The notes under the pieces are model-generated. The model was not told the DNA's origin. It saw only the letters and a list, made by a program, of their open reading frames with translations, and did not search any database. A stretch of DNA of 64,000 nucleotides from an uncultured Gammaproteobacteria bacterium (lineage in GTDB: Bacteria; Patescibacteriota; Microgenomatia; Levybacterales; UBA12049), in NCBI GenBank assembly GCA_964523705.1, contig CAZFYA010000001.1:121420-185419 (forward strand). Reading direction: 5' to 3'. This document shows positions 1-9,181 of this stretch, in pieces; the first letter of the stretch is position 1; each line of letters begins with the position of its first letter. The position numbers were made by a program, and so were the translations under genes.

Positions 1-378
1 CATTTTTACGGCAATTTCTTTCTTTATCGCCCCGATTGTTACTCTTTTCCCTCTTTTAGTTCTGGCATTTGATCTTGTTCTCTGTCCCCTTGCAGGAAGA
101 TTTTTACTATGCCTTGTTCCTCTATATGCTCCAATATCCTTAAGTCTTCTGATATTTTCTGAAATTTCAACTCTTAAATCTCCTTCAAGTTTATATGTTT
201 CTAGAACTTTTTGAAGCTTTTTTTGCTCATCTTCAGTTAAGCTTTTTACTTTTTTTGAACCGTCTACTTCTGCTTTTTTTAAAATTTCTCCTACGTTTCC
301 TCTTCCCACACCATAAATATAGGTTAGGGAAACATCTAATCTTTTTTCATCCGGTATTGTAAGTCCTAAAATACGCAT
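1..378 (-). CDS. rpsM: 30S ribosomal protein S13, N-terminal ~126 codons; 3' end beyond window edge
   Basis: Not in ORF track because it runs off the edge. Reverse-strand ATG at 376-378 gives MRILGLTIPDEKRLDVSLTYIYGVGRG..., a typical S13 N-terminus. It sits in the conserved position after rpmJ. Confidence 0.8.
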   Translation of the reverse strand, partial: MRILGLTIPDEKRLDVSLTYIYGVGRGNVGEILKKAEVDGSKKVKSLTEDEQKKLQKVLETYKLEGDLRVEISENIRRLKDIGAYRGTRHSKNLPARGQRTRSNARTKRGKRVTIGAIKKEIAVKM

Positions 379-382
379 AAAA

Positions 383-496
383 TTATCCTTGTCTCTGTTT
401 ATGTCTTGGATTATCACAAGTAACCCTCAACACGCCTTTGCGCTTAATTATTTTGCATTTAACACATCTTTTTTTAACACTTGCTTGTACTTTCAT
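383..496 (-). CDS. rpmJ: 50S ribosomal protein L36 (37 aa, zinc ribbon)
   Basis: Below the ORF-track size cutoff. Reverse translation from ATG at 494-496 to TAA at 383-385 gives [37 protein letters not shown], a canonical L36 with the C..C..C..H ligands. It lies between infA and rpsM. Confidence 0.9.
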   Translation of the reverse strand: MKVQASVKKRCVKCKIIKRKGVLRVTCDNPRHKQRQG

Positions 497-497
497 A

Positions 498-716
498 TTA
501 TTTAATCCTATAAGTTATTCTTCCCTTGGTCCTGTCATATGGCGTCATCTCAACTCTTACCTTGTCTCCAGGCAGGATTTTTATAAAGTGCATGCGCATC
601 TTACCTGATAAATGACAAAGCACAACTTCTCCATTTTCAAGTTCTACTCTAAAAAGAGTATTTGGTAAAGATTCCTTTACCACCCCTTCTATTTCAAATG
701 ATCCTTGATGAGCCAT
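498..716 (-). CDS. infA: translation initiation factor IF-1
   Basis: 72 aa; S1-like IF-1 sequence ([40 protein letters not shown]); position after map. Confidence 0.95.
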   Translation of the reverse strand: MAHQGSFEIEGVVKESLPNTLFRVELENGEVVLCHLSGKMRMHFIKILPGDKVRVEMTPYDRTKGRITYRIK

Positions 717-736
717 AAATAAAAATTTCCAATTCC

Positions 737-769
737 AATAAAAACTAATCAGTTATTTTAACTGATTAG
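737..769 (-). terminator. hairpin (perfect 11-bp inverted repeat ctaatcagtta/taactgattag, 3-nt loop) followed on the minus strand by a uuuuuauu run, about 20 nt upstream of infA
   Basis: Inverted repeat read directly at 745-755 and 759-769, with the U-run at 737-744. It lies between map and infA, so it is either the map terminator or a leader attenuator. Confidence 0.5.
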
Positions 770-800
770 TAAATAGCTGGAATAGAAATTTACATCACCT

Positions 801-830
801 ATTATACAAGAAAATAGCCTTAAAAAGCAA
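801..830 (-). promoter_or_regulatory. sigma70-like promoter upstream of the infA leader (-35 TTGCTT, 18-bp spacer, -10 TATAAT preceded by TG)
   Basis: Minus-strand read: ttgctt tttaaggctattttcttg tataat; positioned between the map stop and the hairpin. Confidence 0.4.
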
Positions 831-836
831 GCTTTC

Positions 837-1589
837 TTAGGTTAAAATAATTCCACCTTTTTTACCAACTGTTATTGTTCTCTCAAAAGTTGCAGATAAG
901 CTATTATCTTCTGTTTTAATTGTCCAATTATCTCCCTCTTCTCTAACAACATCATTGCTACCCATGTTATATATAACTTCAATGGCTAAAACCATCCCCT
1001 CTTTTAAAAGCGGTGTTTTTTCTATTTTTTCTGCTATAAACCCTGGAATTTCCGGCTCTTCATGAAGTTTTTTGCCAACACCATGCCCAACTAAAGTTCT
1101 AACAACAGAATAACCACTGCCCTCAACAGTATCTTGAATTGCTTTTGAAATATGTCCAATTCTATTTCCCACACTTGCCTGTTTTATAGCCTTATTTAAG
1201 GCTTTTTTGCCAACTTCTAAAAACTTACTAACTTCCTTATTGTTTTCTTTACCAACTAAAGCGGTTTCTGCCATGTCTGTAAAAAATCCTTGATAAAACA
1301 CACCGCAATCCAATCCAACCAAGTCCCCTTCTTTTAAGACATAATTAGTTGGGATCCCGTGCACTACTTGATTATTAGTTGAAACACAAAGAGTATAATT
1401 ATACCCCTCAACCTTTTTAAAACCAGGCCTAGCTCCCTTTTGAATTATTAATTTTTCTGCCATTTCCTCAAGATCAAGCTCACTTACACCTGGTTTTAAA
1501 TTTCTTACTAATTCCCACATTACACTTGATAGGATTTTTCCACCTTTTTTAATTTTTTCTATATCTTTTTTACTCTTAATTTTAATCAT
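837..1589 (-). CDS. map: methionine aminopeptidase type I
   Basis: 250 aa with the pita-bread metalloprotease signature (DLVGLDCG..., HGVGKKLHEEP, EVIYNMG); conserved spc-operon position. Confidence 0.9.
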   Translation of the reverse strand: MIKIKSKKDIEKIKKGGKILSSVMWELVRNLKPGVSELDLEEMAEKLIIQKGARPGFKKVEGYNYTLCVSTNNQVVHGIPTNYVLKEGDLVGLDCGVFYQGFFTDMAETALVGKENNKEVSKFLEVGKKALNKAIKQASVGNRIGHISKAIQDTVEGSGYSVVRTLVGHGVGKKLHEEPEIPGFIAEKIEKTPLLKEGMVLAIEVIYNMGSNDVVREEGDNWTIKTEDNSLSATFERTITVGKKGGIILT

Positions 1590-1598
1590 AAAGAGGAA

Positions 1599-2735
1599 TT
1601 AAAAGTGAATTCCCAAGCGGGTTAATAAAATATCAATTTTTTTGTGAAAATCTTCTAAGTTATCCCCATTATTCTCAATTAAATAATCGGCAATACTTAT
1701 CGGACCGCCTTTATTTAATTTCTCAAGTTCTGCAACATCCCTTAGTCTTGATTCTTCTTTTGTAAATGGCCTAACTGGTCTTTTACTAAGTCTTTCATAT
1801 CTTTTTTCAGGTTCTGCATAAATTAAAATAAGGATTAAGTTTGGAAATTTTTCTTTAAGATAAATATATTCTTCCCATGAATAAAGACCGTCAATTACAA
1901 TAAGTTCATTTTTGTTAAGCATTTTTTTAATTTCTGGTTCTGCTTTAATTGCATAAGCACCCATTCCCAACTCTTTTCTTAATTTTTCCCTAAATGCTCT
2001 TTCGTTTTCCAGGTTAAGAGGAAGACCCATGTCCTTAACTCCCTTGTCAGTGATCTCACCAAATCTTACAAAAGGAATACCTTTTTCTTTTAAATACAAA
2101 GAGGCTTCACTTTTTCCGGCTCCCGGCATTCCAACAAAAGCTAAAATGTGATTTTCATGGCCGTTTCCATTTAGTTTTGCCCCTTTTGGCATAATTTTTT
2201 TAACCTCTTCCTTCATCTCCTTGTTAATCATACCAATTGAATTCTCTCCGTTTATTTCAGAAAGAAGTCCTTTTTCACTGTAATAATCAATTACCGGTTT
2301 TGAATTCTTATGAAAAAGCTCAATTCTTTTTCTAATTGCAGCTAATGTTTCATCTTCTCTTGAATCGTTTCCATTTCTGTAGGACAGTCTCCATAAAGCT
2401 TCTCTGTCTGAAACTTTAATATAAAATACTTTGTCAATTTCTTCTTTAAACTCTTTTGCCTGATTTAATGTTCTTGGAAAACCATCTAAAATATATCCTT
2501 TTTTGTATTCCGGTCTTGAAAGATAATCACTAACGATTTTTAAAGTTTTATCATCCGGCACTAAATATCCTGCGTTTACAATTTCTTTTATATATCTTCC
2601 AATACTACTTTTTTCTCTTGATAAAACTCTAAAAATATGTCCGGTTGATAAATATGGAACCCCAAGCTTTTTTGAGAGCAAGTTCCCTTGTGTTGATTTT
2701 CCTGATCCTTGAATTCCAATTAAAATTATTTTCAT
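1599..2735 (-). CDS. adk: adenylate kinase fused to a second P-loop NMP-kinase-like domain
   Basis: N-terminal ~190 aa match short-form Adk (GIQGSGKSTQ..., DGFPRT). The C-terminal ~180 aa carry a second Walker A (VGMPGAGKSE), an IDGLYSWEE motif and an RLSKRPVRP lid-like arginine motif. It is one uninterrupted 378-aa ORF. Confidence 0.7.
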   Translation of the reverse strand: MKIILIGIQGSGKSTQGNLLSKKLGVPYLSTGHIFRVLSREKSSIGRYIKEIVNAGYLVPDDKTLKIVSDYLSRPEYKKGYILDGFPRTLNQAKEFKEEIDKVFYIKVSDREALWRLSYRNGNDSREDETLAAIRKRIELFHKNSKPVIDYYSEKGLLSEINGENSIGMINKEMKEEVKKIMPKGAKLNGNGHENHILAFVGMPGAGKSEASLYLKEKGIPFVRFGEITDKGVKDMGLPLNLENERAFREKLRKELGMGAYAIKAEPEIKKMLNKNELIVIDGLYSWEEYIYLKEKFPNLILILIYAEPEKRYERLSKRPVRPFTKEESRLRDVAELEKLNKGGPISIADYLIENNGDNLEDFHKKIDILLTRLGIHF

Positions 2736-4018
2736 TTTTTAAACCCTTCGTAATTTCTCATTACTAATTGTGCTTCAATGGTTTTAATTGTCTCCAAAAC
2801 TACTGAAACAACGATTAAGATTCCTGTTCCTCCAAGTGCCATGTTTTGAACATTAGTGAAATATTTGGCAATTGTTGGGAATATAGCAATTGTACCTAAA
2901 AATAGCGCTCCTGCCAAGGTAATCCTGGTTAAAATGTAATTTAAGTATCCTGCAGTTGGACTACCGGGCCTAATTCCCGGAATAAATCCGCCGTATTTTT
3001 GAATCTCCTCGGCAATCTTTTTAGGATTAAAAATAACAGCTGTATAAAAGTAGGTAAACCCAACTACTAAAAGAAAGTAAATTGTGTTGTAAAGCATTCC
3101 GTCCGGACTAAACCAGGTTGTAATTGTAGTTGCAATTGAGCTTAAAGTAGGATTTTCGGAAACTGATAAGAAATTACCAAGAAGAGATGGCATAAGAACA
3201 AGAGACACTGCAAAAATAATTGGAATTACACCTGCTTGATTTAATCTTAAAGGAAGATGAGTAGATTGCCCTCCATACATCTTATTTCCCCTTACTCTTT
3301 TTGCATAATAAACTGTAATTTGTCTTGTTGCTTCATTAATAAGTACAATTGATGCGATAACAAAAATACCTAAGAGAATAAAGGTAATAATATTAGTAAC
3401 GTTTTGTGCATTTAAGGTTGAAGTTGTTTGACCAATAATAACCGGAATCCTACTGACAATACCGGCAAAAATTAAAAGCGAAATTCCATTCCCAACTCCC
3501 CGCTCGGAAATTAATTCTCCAAGCCAAACTAAAAACATTGTTCCTGCTGTCATTGTTAAAACAAAAGCAACTATACTTATTGGAGCTGTTGTGGCCATAA
3601 TTCCCTGGCTTTTCAAAAGCGCATACATTCCAATTGCCTGAAGAATTGCCAAAGGGACTGTTAAAAATCTTGTGTATTGGTTTATTTTTTTTCTTCCACT
3701 TTCTCCTTCTTTTTGTAATTGCTCAAGTTTTGGAACTACCATTGTTAAAAGTTGGAAGATAATCGATGAGTTAATATACGGGTTAAGACCCAAAGCCATG
3801 ATTGAGAAGTTGGCAAGTGTTCCTCCTGAAAAGATATCAAGTAGGCCTAAAAATTGGTTTTGAGAGAAAAGAACTTTAAGCTGGGCAATATTAACGCCTG
3901 AAACCGGTATATGTGCAAAAAGCCTAAAGATTATAAAGATTACAGCCGTAAATATAAGCTTTTTTTTTACATCAGGTGATTTAATACTGTTTTTAAAAAC
4001 AGCTAAAACATTATTCAT
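2732..4018 (-). CDS. secY: preprotein translocase subunit SecY
   Basis: 428-aa polytopic membrane protein in conserved position after rplO; typical SecY motifs (GLNPYINSSII, plug and TM2 region). Confidence 0.95.
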   Translation of the reverse strand: MNNVLAVFKNSIKSPDVKKKLIFTAVIFIIFRLFAHIPVSGVNIAQLKVLFSQNQFLGLLDIFSGGTLANFSIMALGLNPYINSSIIFQLLTMVVPKLEQLQKEGESGRKKINQYTRFLTVPLAILQAIGMYALLKSQGIMATTAPISIVAFVLTMTAGTMFLVWLGELISERGVGNGISLLIFAGIVSRIPVIIGQTTSTLNAQNVTNIITFILLGIFVIASIVLINEATRQITVYYAKRVRGNKMYGGQSTHLPLRLNQAGVIPIIFAVSLVLMPSLLGNFLSVSENPTLSSIATTITTWFSPDGMLYNTIYFLLVVGFTYFYTAVIFNPKKIAEEIQKYGGFIPGIRPGSPTAGYLNYILTRITLAGALFLGTIAIFPTIAKYFTNVQNMALGGTGILIVVSVVLETIKTIEAQLVMRNYEGFKK

Positions 4019-4025
4019 TTATTAA

Positions 4026-4466
4026 TTAAGCTTCAACTTTGCCGCCTGCTTTTTCAACTTTTTTTAATGCTTGTTTTGAAATTGGCACTTTAATTGTTAA
4101 GGAATTATTAATCTTCCCCTGTCCTAATATTTTAACACCTTGTAATTTTATTTCTTTTTCAGAAATAAGTTTTGCATTGATTAATGCCTTTTCATCTATA
4201 ACACTGTTGTTTTTAAAAACAGCTAATTTGTCGAGGTTAATTGAAATTGCTTTTTTATTAAAAGACTTATTTTTTCCTTTTCCCCTATGGAAAGGCAGTC
4301 TTTTAATAAGGGGAAGCGCTCCGCCTTCAAAGTGAAGAGGAATCTTATATCTTGATTTTTGCCCCTTACTTCCTCTACCAGCAGTTTTAACTCTTCCTGA
4401 ACCATGACCCTGGCCTAGTCTTCTTTTTGTTTTTTTAGTAGTTTTTGCTACTTTATTTAGCTTCAT
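4026..4466 (-). CDS. rplO: 50S ribosomal protein L15
   Basis: 146 aa, Gly/Lys-rich N-terminus (GQGHGSGRVKTAGRGSKGQKSR); operon position. Confidence 0.9.
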   Translation of the reverse strand: MKLNKVAKTTKKTKRRLGQGHGSGRVKTAGRGSKGQKSRYKIPLHFEGGALPLIKRLPFHRGKGKNKSFNKKAISINLDKLAVFKNNSVIDEKALINAKLISEKEIKLQGVKILGQGKINNSLTIKVPISKQALKKVEKAGGKVEA

Positions 4467-4968
4467 TTTTTCCTTTCCTTAAGGCATTTTCCCTATTATA
4501 TCTTTGCGATAATCTTTCTAAAGCTTCAATTGTTGCGTAAACATTGCTTGCTTGATTTTTAGTTCCTAAGACTTTTGATGAGATATTTTCAATTCCTGCT
4601 AAAGATACAACGCTTCTAACTGCACCACCGGCAATTACTCCGCTTCCAAGCGGAGCCGGTTTTAAAAGCACTTTTGCTGCGCCAAGTTTAATAAATACTT
4701 CAAAAGGAATTGTGCTTTTGATAATTGGAACTTCAATTGCTTTTTTCTTAGCAATAGCTACTCCTTTTTTAATCGCAGATGAAACGTCCGGAGCTTTTCC
4801 AAGACCAACTCCTACTTTTCCGTTTTTATTTCCGGCTACAACTAAGACTGAAAACCCAATCTTGTTTCCACCCTTGGTTTTTTTAGAAACTCTGTTAACC
4901 TGAACAATTTCCTCTTTAAATTCATCAACTTTTTGATTTTTTTCCATTTCCGCAATACTTTTATCCAT
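4453..4968 (-). CDS. rpsE: 30S ribosomal protein S5
   Basis: 171 aa; the S5 dsRBD and C-terminal domain (VNRVSKKTKGGNKIGFSVLVVAGNKNGKVGVGLGKA). Directly followed by L15 with no L30 gene. Confidence 0.9.
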   Translation of the reverse strand: MDKSIAEMEKNQKVDEFKEEIVQVNRVSKKTKGGNKIGFSVLVVAGNKNGKVGVGLGKAPDVSSAIKKGVAIAKKKAIEVPIIKSTIPFEVFIKLGAAKVLLKPAPLGSGVIAGGAVRSVVSLAGIENISSKVLGTKNQASNVYATIEALERLSQRYNRENALRKGKNEAK

Positions 4969-5294
4969 TAAAAAACTAAACCTCCTTCTCTTAACCCTTG
5001 AGCAAAAGCTTCTACTCTTCCATGATAAGCATAACTTCCTCTATCAAAAACTACTTCTTTAATTTTTTTAGCAATTGCCTTTTTGGCTAAAATATTTCCA
5101 AGACTTTTTGCCCTTTCTATTTTTGTTCCTTTATCTTTTAATTCTTTTTCAGTTACTGTAATTAATGTTTTTCCGCTTCCATCAACTACCTGTCCTGATA
5201 TGTATTTATTAGATCTAAAAACAGTTACTTTTAATCTTTTTGTGTTTTCCTTAAGTTTTGCTCTTGTTCTTGTTTGTCTTTTATTCTTTTTCAT
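4968..5294 (-). CDS. rplR: 50S ribosomal protein L18
   Basis: 108 aa; RLKVTVFRSNKYISGQVVD. Confidence 0.9.
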   Translation of the reverse strand: MKKNKRQTRTRAKLKENTKRLKVTVFRSNKYISGQVVDGSGKTLITVTEKELKDKGTKIERAKSLGNILAKKAIAKKIKEVVFDRGSYAYHGRVEAFAQGLREGGLVF

Positions 5295-5298
5295 ATTT

Positions 5299-5853
5299 TT
5301 ATTTCACTCCTCCAATTGCTTTTGCTGCTTTTCCGGCTTTTCTTCTTATTCTTTCTCCCTGATACTTTATTCCCTTACCCTTATATGGCTCAGGAGGCCT
5401 AATTCCTCTTATTTTTGCTGCCATATCACCAACTATTGTTTTATCGCTTCCTGAAACTGTAATTACGTTTTCCTCAACTGTAAAGACAATTCCTTCCGGT
5501 GCCTTAATTACAACCGGGTGAGAAAAACCAACCGATAAGGTAATTGAATTGCCAGCTGCTTGCGCCCTATATCCGACACCGACTAATTCTAATTTCTTTT
5601 GAAAATCTTTTGATGCACCGTTTACCATGTTTTTTATATTTGCCCAAGTTAAGCCACATAATGCCTTAAGCGTTCTGTTGTTTTTGTTTTTTGCTGAAAC
5701 AAAAATACCCTCACTCTCAACTATTACTTTTATTCCTTGTGGAATTTTATATGTTTTTTCTCCTTTAGGACCACTAACTTTTATTATGTCTTTATCAAGA
5801 GCTACATTTATTCCTTCTTTTATTTGTATTGGTTTTTTTGCAATTTTTGACAT
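5299..5853 (-). CDS. rplF: 50S ribosomal protein L6
   Basis: 184 aa; two-domain L6 sequence. Confidence 0.9.
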   Translation of the reverse strand: MSKIAKKPIQIKEGINVALDKDIIKVSGPKGEKTYKIPQGIKVIVESEGIFVSAKNKNNRTLKALCGLTWANIKNMVNGASKDFQKKLELVGVGYRAQAAGNSITLSVGFSHPVVIKAPEGIVFTVEENVITVSGSDKTIVGDMAAKIRGIRPPEPYKGKGIKYQGERIRRKAGKAAKAIGGVK

Positions 5854-5854
5854 A

Positions 5855-6259
5855 TTACCAAATCGAAAACAGTATTTCGCCTCCTATTTTTTTCTTTATT
5901 GCTTCTTTTCCAGTCATTACTCCGCTACTTGTTGAAACAATTGCGGTTTTTTTACCTCGCTTTTCAATTTCAATAATTTTTTTAGCTGAACCATAAATTC
6001 TTAATGACGGTTTTGAAATTATTGCAACACCTGCAATTACCGGTAATCTTTTTTCATACCTTACTGTTGCGTTAATAATTTTTTTACCCTTTATGTTTTG
6101 TTCTTTTACGTTTTCAATGTATCCTTGTTTTGCTAAAACCTTAGCAATTTCTTTATTAACTTTTGAAAAAGGTAAAACAACCTCTTTTCTTCTGGCTAAG
6201 GCTGCATTTTTAATTCTAATAATAAGGTCTGAAATCTTGTGATTCATAATTTTTACCAA
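5855..6259 (-). CDS. rpsH: 30S ribosomal protein S8
   Basis: 134 aa; S8 signature; position. Confidence 0.9.
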   Translation of the reverse strand: MVKIMNHKISDLIIRIKNAALARRKEVVLPFSKVNKEIAKVLAKQGYIENVKEQNIKGKKIINATVRYEKRLPVIAGVAIISKPSLRIYGSAKKIIEIEKRGKKTAIVSTSSGVMTGKEAIKKKIGGEILFSIW

Positions 6260-6438
6260 CTTGCTTTAATTACGCCTGGCAATTGCCCTTTTGACGCTAA
6301 TTCTCTAAAACAAATTCTACAAATTCCAAATTTTCTCATATAACCTCTGGACCTACCACATATATTACATCTGTTTTTGGATCTAACAGAATATTTTTGC
6401 TTTTTCTTAAACTTTACAATATCTGATGTTTTTGCCAT
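6253..6438 (-). CDS. rpsN: 30S ribosomal protein S14, type Z (zinc-binding, 61 aa)
   Basis: [23 protein letters not shown] with CxxC...CxxC. Confidence 0.9.
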   Translation of the reverse strand: MAKTSDIVKFKKKQKYSVRSKNRCNICGRSRGYMRKFGICRICFRELASKGQLPGVIKASW

Positions 6439-6439
6439 A

Positions 6440-6982
6440 TTATTTCTTTCTAAAAGGCATCCCTAGTGCTTCTAAAAGCGCTATGCCTTCTTCATTATTT
6501 TTTGCCGTTGTAACAATTGCAACCTCTAGTCCTTGAACTCTTTCTATTTTTGACGGGTCAATTTCAGGGAATACGCTACTTTCCGGAAAACCTAAATTAT
6601 AGTTTCCAAGTCCGTCAAAATTTTCTTTTCTTACCCCATGAAAATCCCTAATTCTTGGAAGTACAATTTTAACTAATTTTTCGTAAAAATCATACATTCT
6701 TTTTCCTCTTAAAGTTACCATTGCCCCAATCTCATCTCCTTCTCTTAATTTAAAGGTGGCAATTGATTTTTTCGATTTATTTATCTTTGGTTTTTGTCCG
6801 GTAATTTGAGTTAGAGTTAAAACTGCTCTTTCAATATTTTTTTTATCTAAAACTGCATCTTTTATTCCCATATTAACCACAATTTTTAAAAGCTTTGGTA
6901 CTGCGTTTACATTTTTTACCGAAAGCTTATCCTTTAAATCTTTTACTATTTCTTTTTTAAATTTTTCTTCTAAATTACTCAT
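6440..6982 (-). CDS. rplE: 50S ribosomal protein L5
   Basis: 180 aa; L5 sequence; position. Confidence 0.9.
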   Translation of the reverse strand: MSNLEEKFKKEIVKDLKDKLSVKNVNAVPKLLKIVVNMGIKDAVLDKKNIERAVLTLTQITGQKPKINKSKKSIATFKLREGDEIGAMVTLRGKRMYDFYEKLVKIVLPRIRDFHGVRKENFDGLGNYNLGFPESSVFPEIDPSKIERVQGLEVAIVTTAKNNEEGIALLEALGMPFRKK

Positions 6983-7332
6983 AGTTCAGCTTTGCATTTT
7001 TTACAAATTCTTTTTTTCTCATCTTTTTCCATCCTAAAACCAACTCTTGTTTTAAGATGACATTTAGGACAAATTAAGATTACGCTTGCAACCGGCAAGG
7101 GCTTTGTTATTGTAATAATTTCGGATGGTTGTTTTTGAGACCTTGCTTTTAAATGTCTTTTATATTGATTAACACCGGCAATTAAAACCTTATTTGTTTT
7201 AGAAAAAACCTTTTCAATTTTTCCCTTTTTACCACTATCTTTTCCTCTAACTATTTCAACCTCATCACCTTTTTTAAATTTTGTTAATTTTATTTTTTTC
7301 ATATTAAACAACCTCTGTTGCCATACTGGCAA
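6979..7332 (-). CDS. rplX: 50S ribosomal protein L24 with C-terminal CxxC...CxxC extension
   Basis: KOW domain (KKGDEVEIVRGKDSGKKGKI) plus a tail [31 protein letters not shown]. The true start may be the internal Met at 7302 (MKKIKL). Confidence 0.85.
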   Translation of the reverse strand: MPVWQQRLFNMKKIKLTKFKKGDEVEIVRGKDSGKKGKIEKVFSKTNKVLIAGVNQYKRHLKARSQKQPSEIITITKPLPVASVILICPKCHLKTRVGFRMEKDEKKRICKKCKAEL

Positions 7333-7678
7333 TTTTTAAATAACCTCTGTCTCTTACCTCTCTTGCAATTGGGCCAAAAATTCTTGTTCCAATTGGGTTT
7401 TTATCCTTTACATTGTCAATTAAAACTCCTGCATTATCAGAAAATCTAATATATGAACCGTCCATTCTTTTATATTCTTTTCTTGATCTTACTAAAACTA
7501 CTTTTACCATATCTCCTTCTTTTACCTGGCCATTTGGATCAGCTTCTTTTACAACACAGTTTAAAACATCACCTAAAAATCCAAACTTTCTTTTAAAACC
7601 TCCATAAGCTTGAATAACCATTAGTGATTTTGCTCCTGAATTATCTGCTACAACTAAAATTGATCTGTGTTGAATCAT
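7304..7678 (-). CDS. rplN: 50S ribosomal protein L14
   Basis: 124 aa; MIQHRSILVVADNSGAK. Confidence 0.9.
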   Translation of the reverse strand: MIQHRSILVVADNSGAKSLMVIQAYGGFKRKFGFLGDVLNCVVKEADPNGQVKEGDMVKVVLVRSRKEYKRMDGSYIRFSDNAGVLIDNVKDKNPIGTRIFGPIAREVRDRGYLKIASMATEVV

Positions 7679-7917
7679 TATTTTATAACCTCCGTAATCT
7701 TAAAGTATTTCCCTTTTGAAACCGGTTTTACTTCACTGATTTTTACCCTATCTCCGATTTTTAATTCAAATTCTCCTTTTTCTACTTTAAAATTCTTGCT
7801 TCTTTTAAGTAGTTTCTTATACAGTTTATGAGGTACATATCTTACAATCTCAACCACTGCGGTTTTTTCCATTTTCAAAGATACAATTTTTCCTTCCATT
7901 GTTTTATGCTTCTTCAT
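7678..7917 (-). CDS. rpsQ: 30S ribosomal protein S17
   Basis: 79 aa; OB-fold S17 sequence; position. Confidence 0.9.
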   Translation of the reverse strand: MKKHKTMEGKIVSLKMEKTAVVEIVRYVPHKLYKKLLKRSKNFKVEKGEFELKIGDRVKISEVKPVSKGKYFKITEVIK

Positions 7918-8116
7918 TTAATAACTCCTTTTCTCTTATAGCCGTTAAAATCCTGGCTATTTCTTTTTTCTTATTAAAAATTGATCTTTTATTTTTAAGT
8001 TTGTCTTGAGCCCTATCAAGATTTAGATTAAATAACGCTTCTTTTGCATCTCTTAAGGCTACTTTTAATTCTTTTAAGTTTTTGCTAAAAATTTCCTTTT
8101 TGTCTTTTGTTTTCAT
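7904..8116 (-). CDS. rpmC: 50S ribosomal protein L29
   Basis: 70 aa helical protein in conserved position between L16 and S17. Confidence 0.85.
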   Translation of the reverse strand: MKTKDKKEIFSKNLKELKVALRDAKEALFNLNLDRAQDKLKNKRSIFNKKKEIARILTAIREKELLNEEA

Positions 8117-8117
8117 A

Positions 8118-8528
8118 TTATTTCATCCTTTCAACTATTTTAGTTTTTATTGGCAATTTATGAGCTGCTAAGCGAAGCGCTGAATAAGCAGTCTCTTTTG
8201 TTACTCCACCCATTTCAAAAAGCATTCTTCCTATTCTAACCGGTGCTACAAACTCTGCTACATCGCCTTTTCCGCTTCCCATTCTTGTTTCTGCTGGTTT
8301 TTTAGTAACCGGTTTATCAGGAAAAATTCTAATCCAAATTCTTCCTCCTCTTTGTGTAAAATGAGTAATTGCTCTTCTGGCTGCTTCAATTTGCCTTGCG
8401 CTTATCCAGCCTGAACCTTCAGAAATAAGGCCATATTCACCAAAAGATACTCTTGAACCTCTACTGGCTACTCCTTTTATTACTCCTCTTTGTTGTTTTC
8501 TATATTTTGCTTTTCTTGGAACTAACAT
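8118..8528 (-). CDS. rplP: 50S ribosomal protein L16
   Basis: 136 aa; [15 protein letters not shown]. Confidence 0.9.
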   Translation of the reverse strand: MLVPRKAKYRKQQRGVIKGVASRGSRVSFGEYGLISEGSGWISARQIEAARRAITHFTQRGGRIWIRIFPDKPVTKKPAETRMGSGKGDVAEFVAPVRIGRMLFEMGGVTKETAYSALRLAAHKLPIKTKIVERMK

Positions 8529-8530
8529 AA

Positions 8531-9181
8531 TTATTTCTTAGGTTTATTTATCCAAACCTTTACTCCGATATATCCTTTTTTTGTTAAAGCCGGAACCGAT
8601 GCAAAATCAATATCTTCTCTAATGGTTGATAAAGGAACAGTCCCTTTATGTAACTTTTCTCTCCTTGAGATTTCAGCTCCACCAATTCTTCCTGAAAGCA
8701 TAATCCTAACCCCCTTAGCTCCTGCATTCATAACCCTATCAACTGTTTGTGCCATTATCTTTCGGTGTGGCATTCTTCTAATTAGTTGATCAGAGATATT
8801 TCTGGCAACTAAGTAAGCATTTAAATTAGGCTCTTTTATTGGTTCAACGTCAATTCTAATATCTAATTTTTGCCCCTTTTTGTTATTCTTGTCTTCAAGA
8901 ATTAATTTATATAGAAATTCTTTTATCTCTTCAAGCCCTGAACCTGCTCGTCCGATAACCATACCGGGTCTTGAAACATAAATTATTACCCTAATGCTAT
9001 TAATTGATCTTTCAATTTCAATATCTGAAACTCCTGCAATCTTTAATTTTTCCATTAAGGCTTTTCTAATATTAAAATCTTCTAAAACTATATCCTTATA
9101 GTTTTTATTATTAAACCAACGACTTCCCCAAGTGTGTAGGGGACCGACTCTAAGTAATTTTGGATTAATTTTTTGTCCCAT
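8531..9181 (-). CDS. rpsC: 30S ribosomal protein S3
   Basis: 216 aa; KH domain and S3 C-terminal domain. Confidence 0.9.
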   Translation of the reverse strand: MGQKINPKLLRVGPLHTWGSRWFNNKNYKDIVLEDFNIRKALMEKLKIAGVSDIEIERSINSIRVIIYVSRPGMVIGRAGSGLEEIKEFLYKLILEDKNNKKGQKLDIRIDVEPIKEPNLNAYLVARNISDQLIRRMPHRKIMAQTVDRVMNAGAKGVRIMLSGRIGGAEISRREKLHKGTVPLSTIREDIDFASVPALTKKGYIGVKVWINKPKK

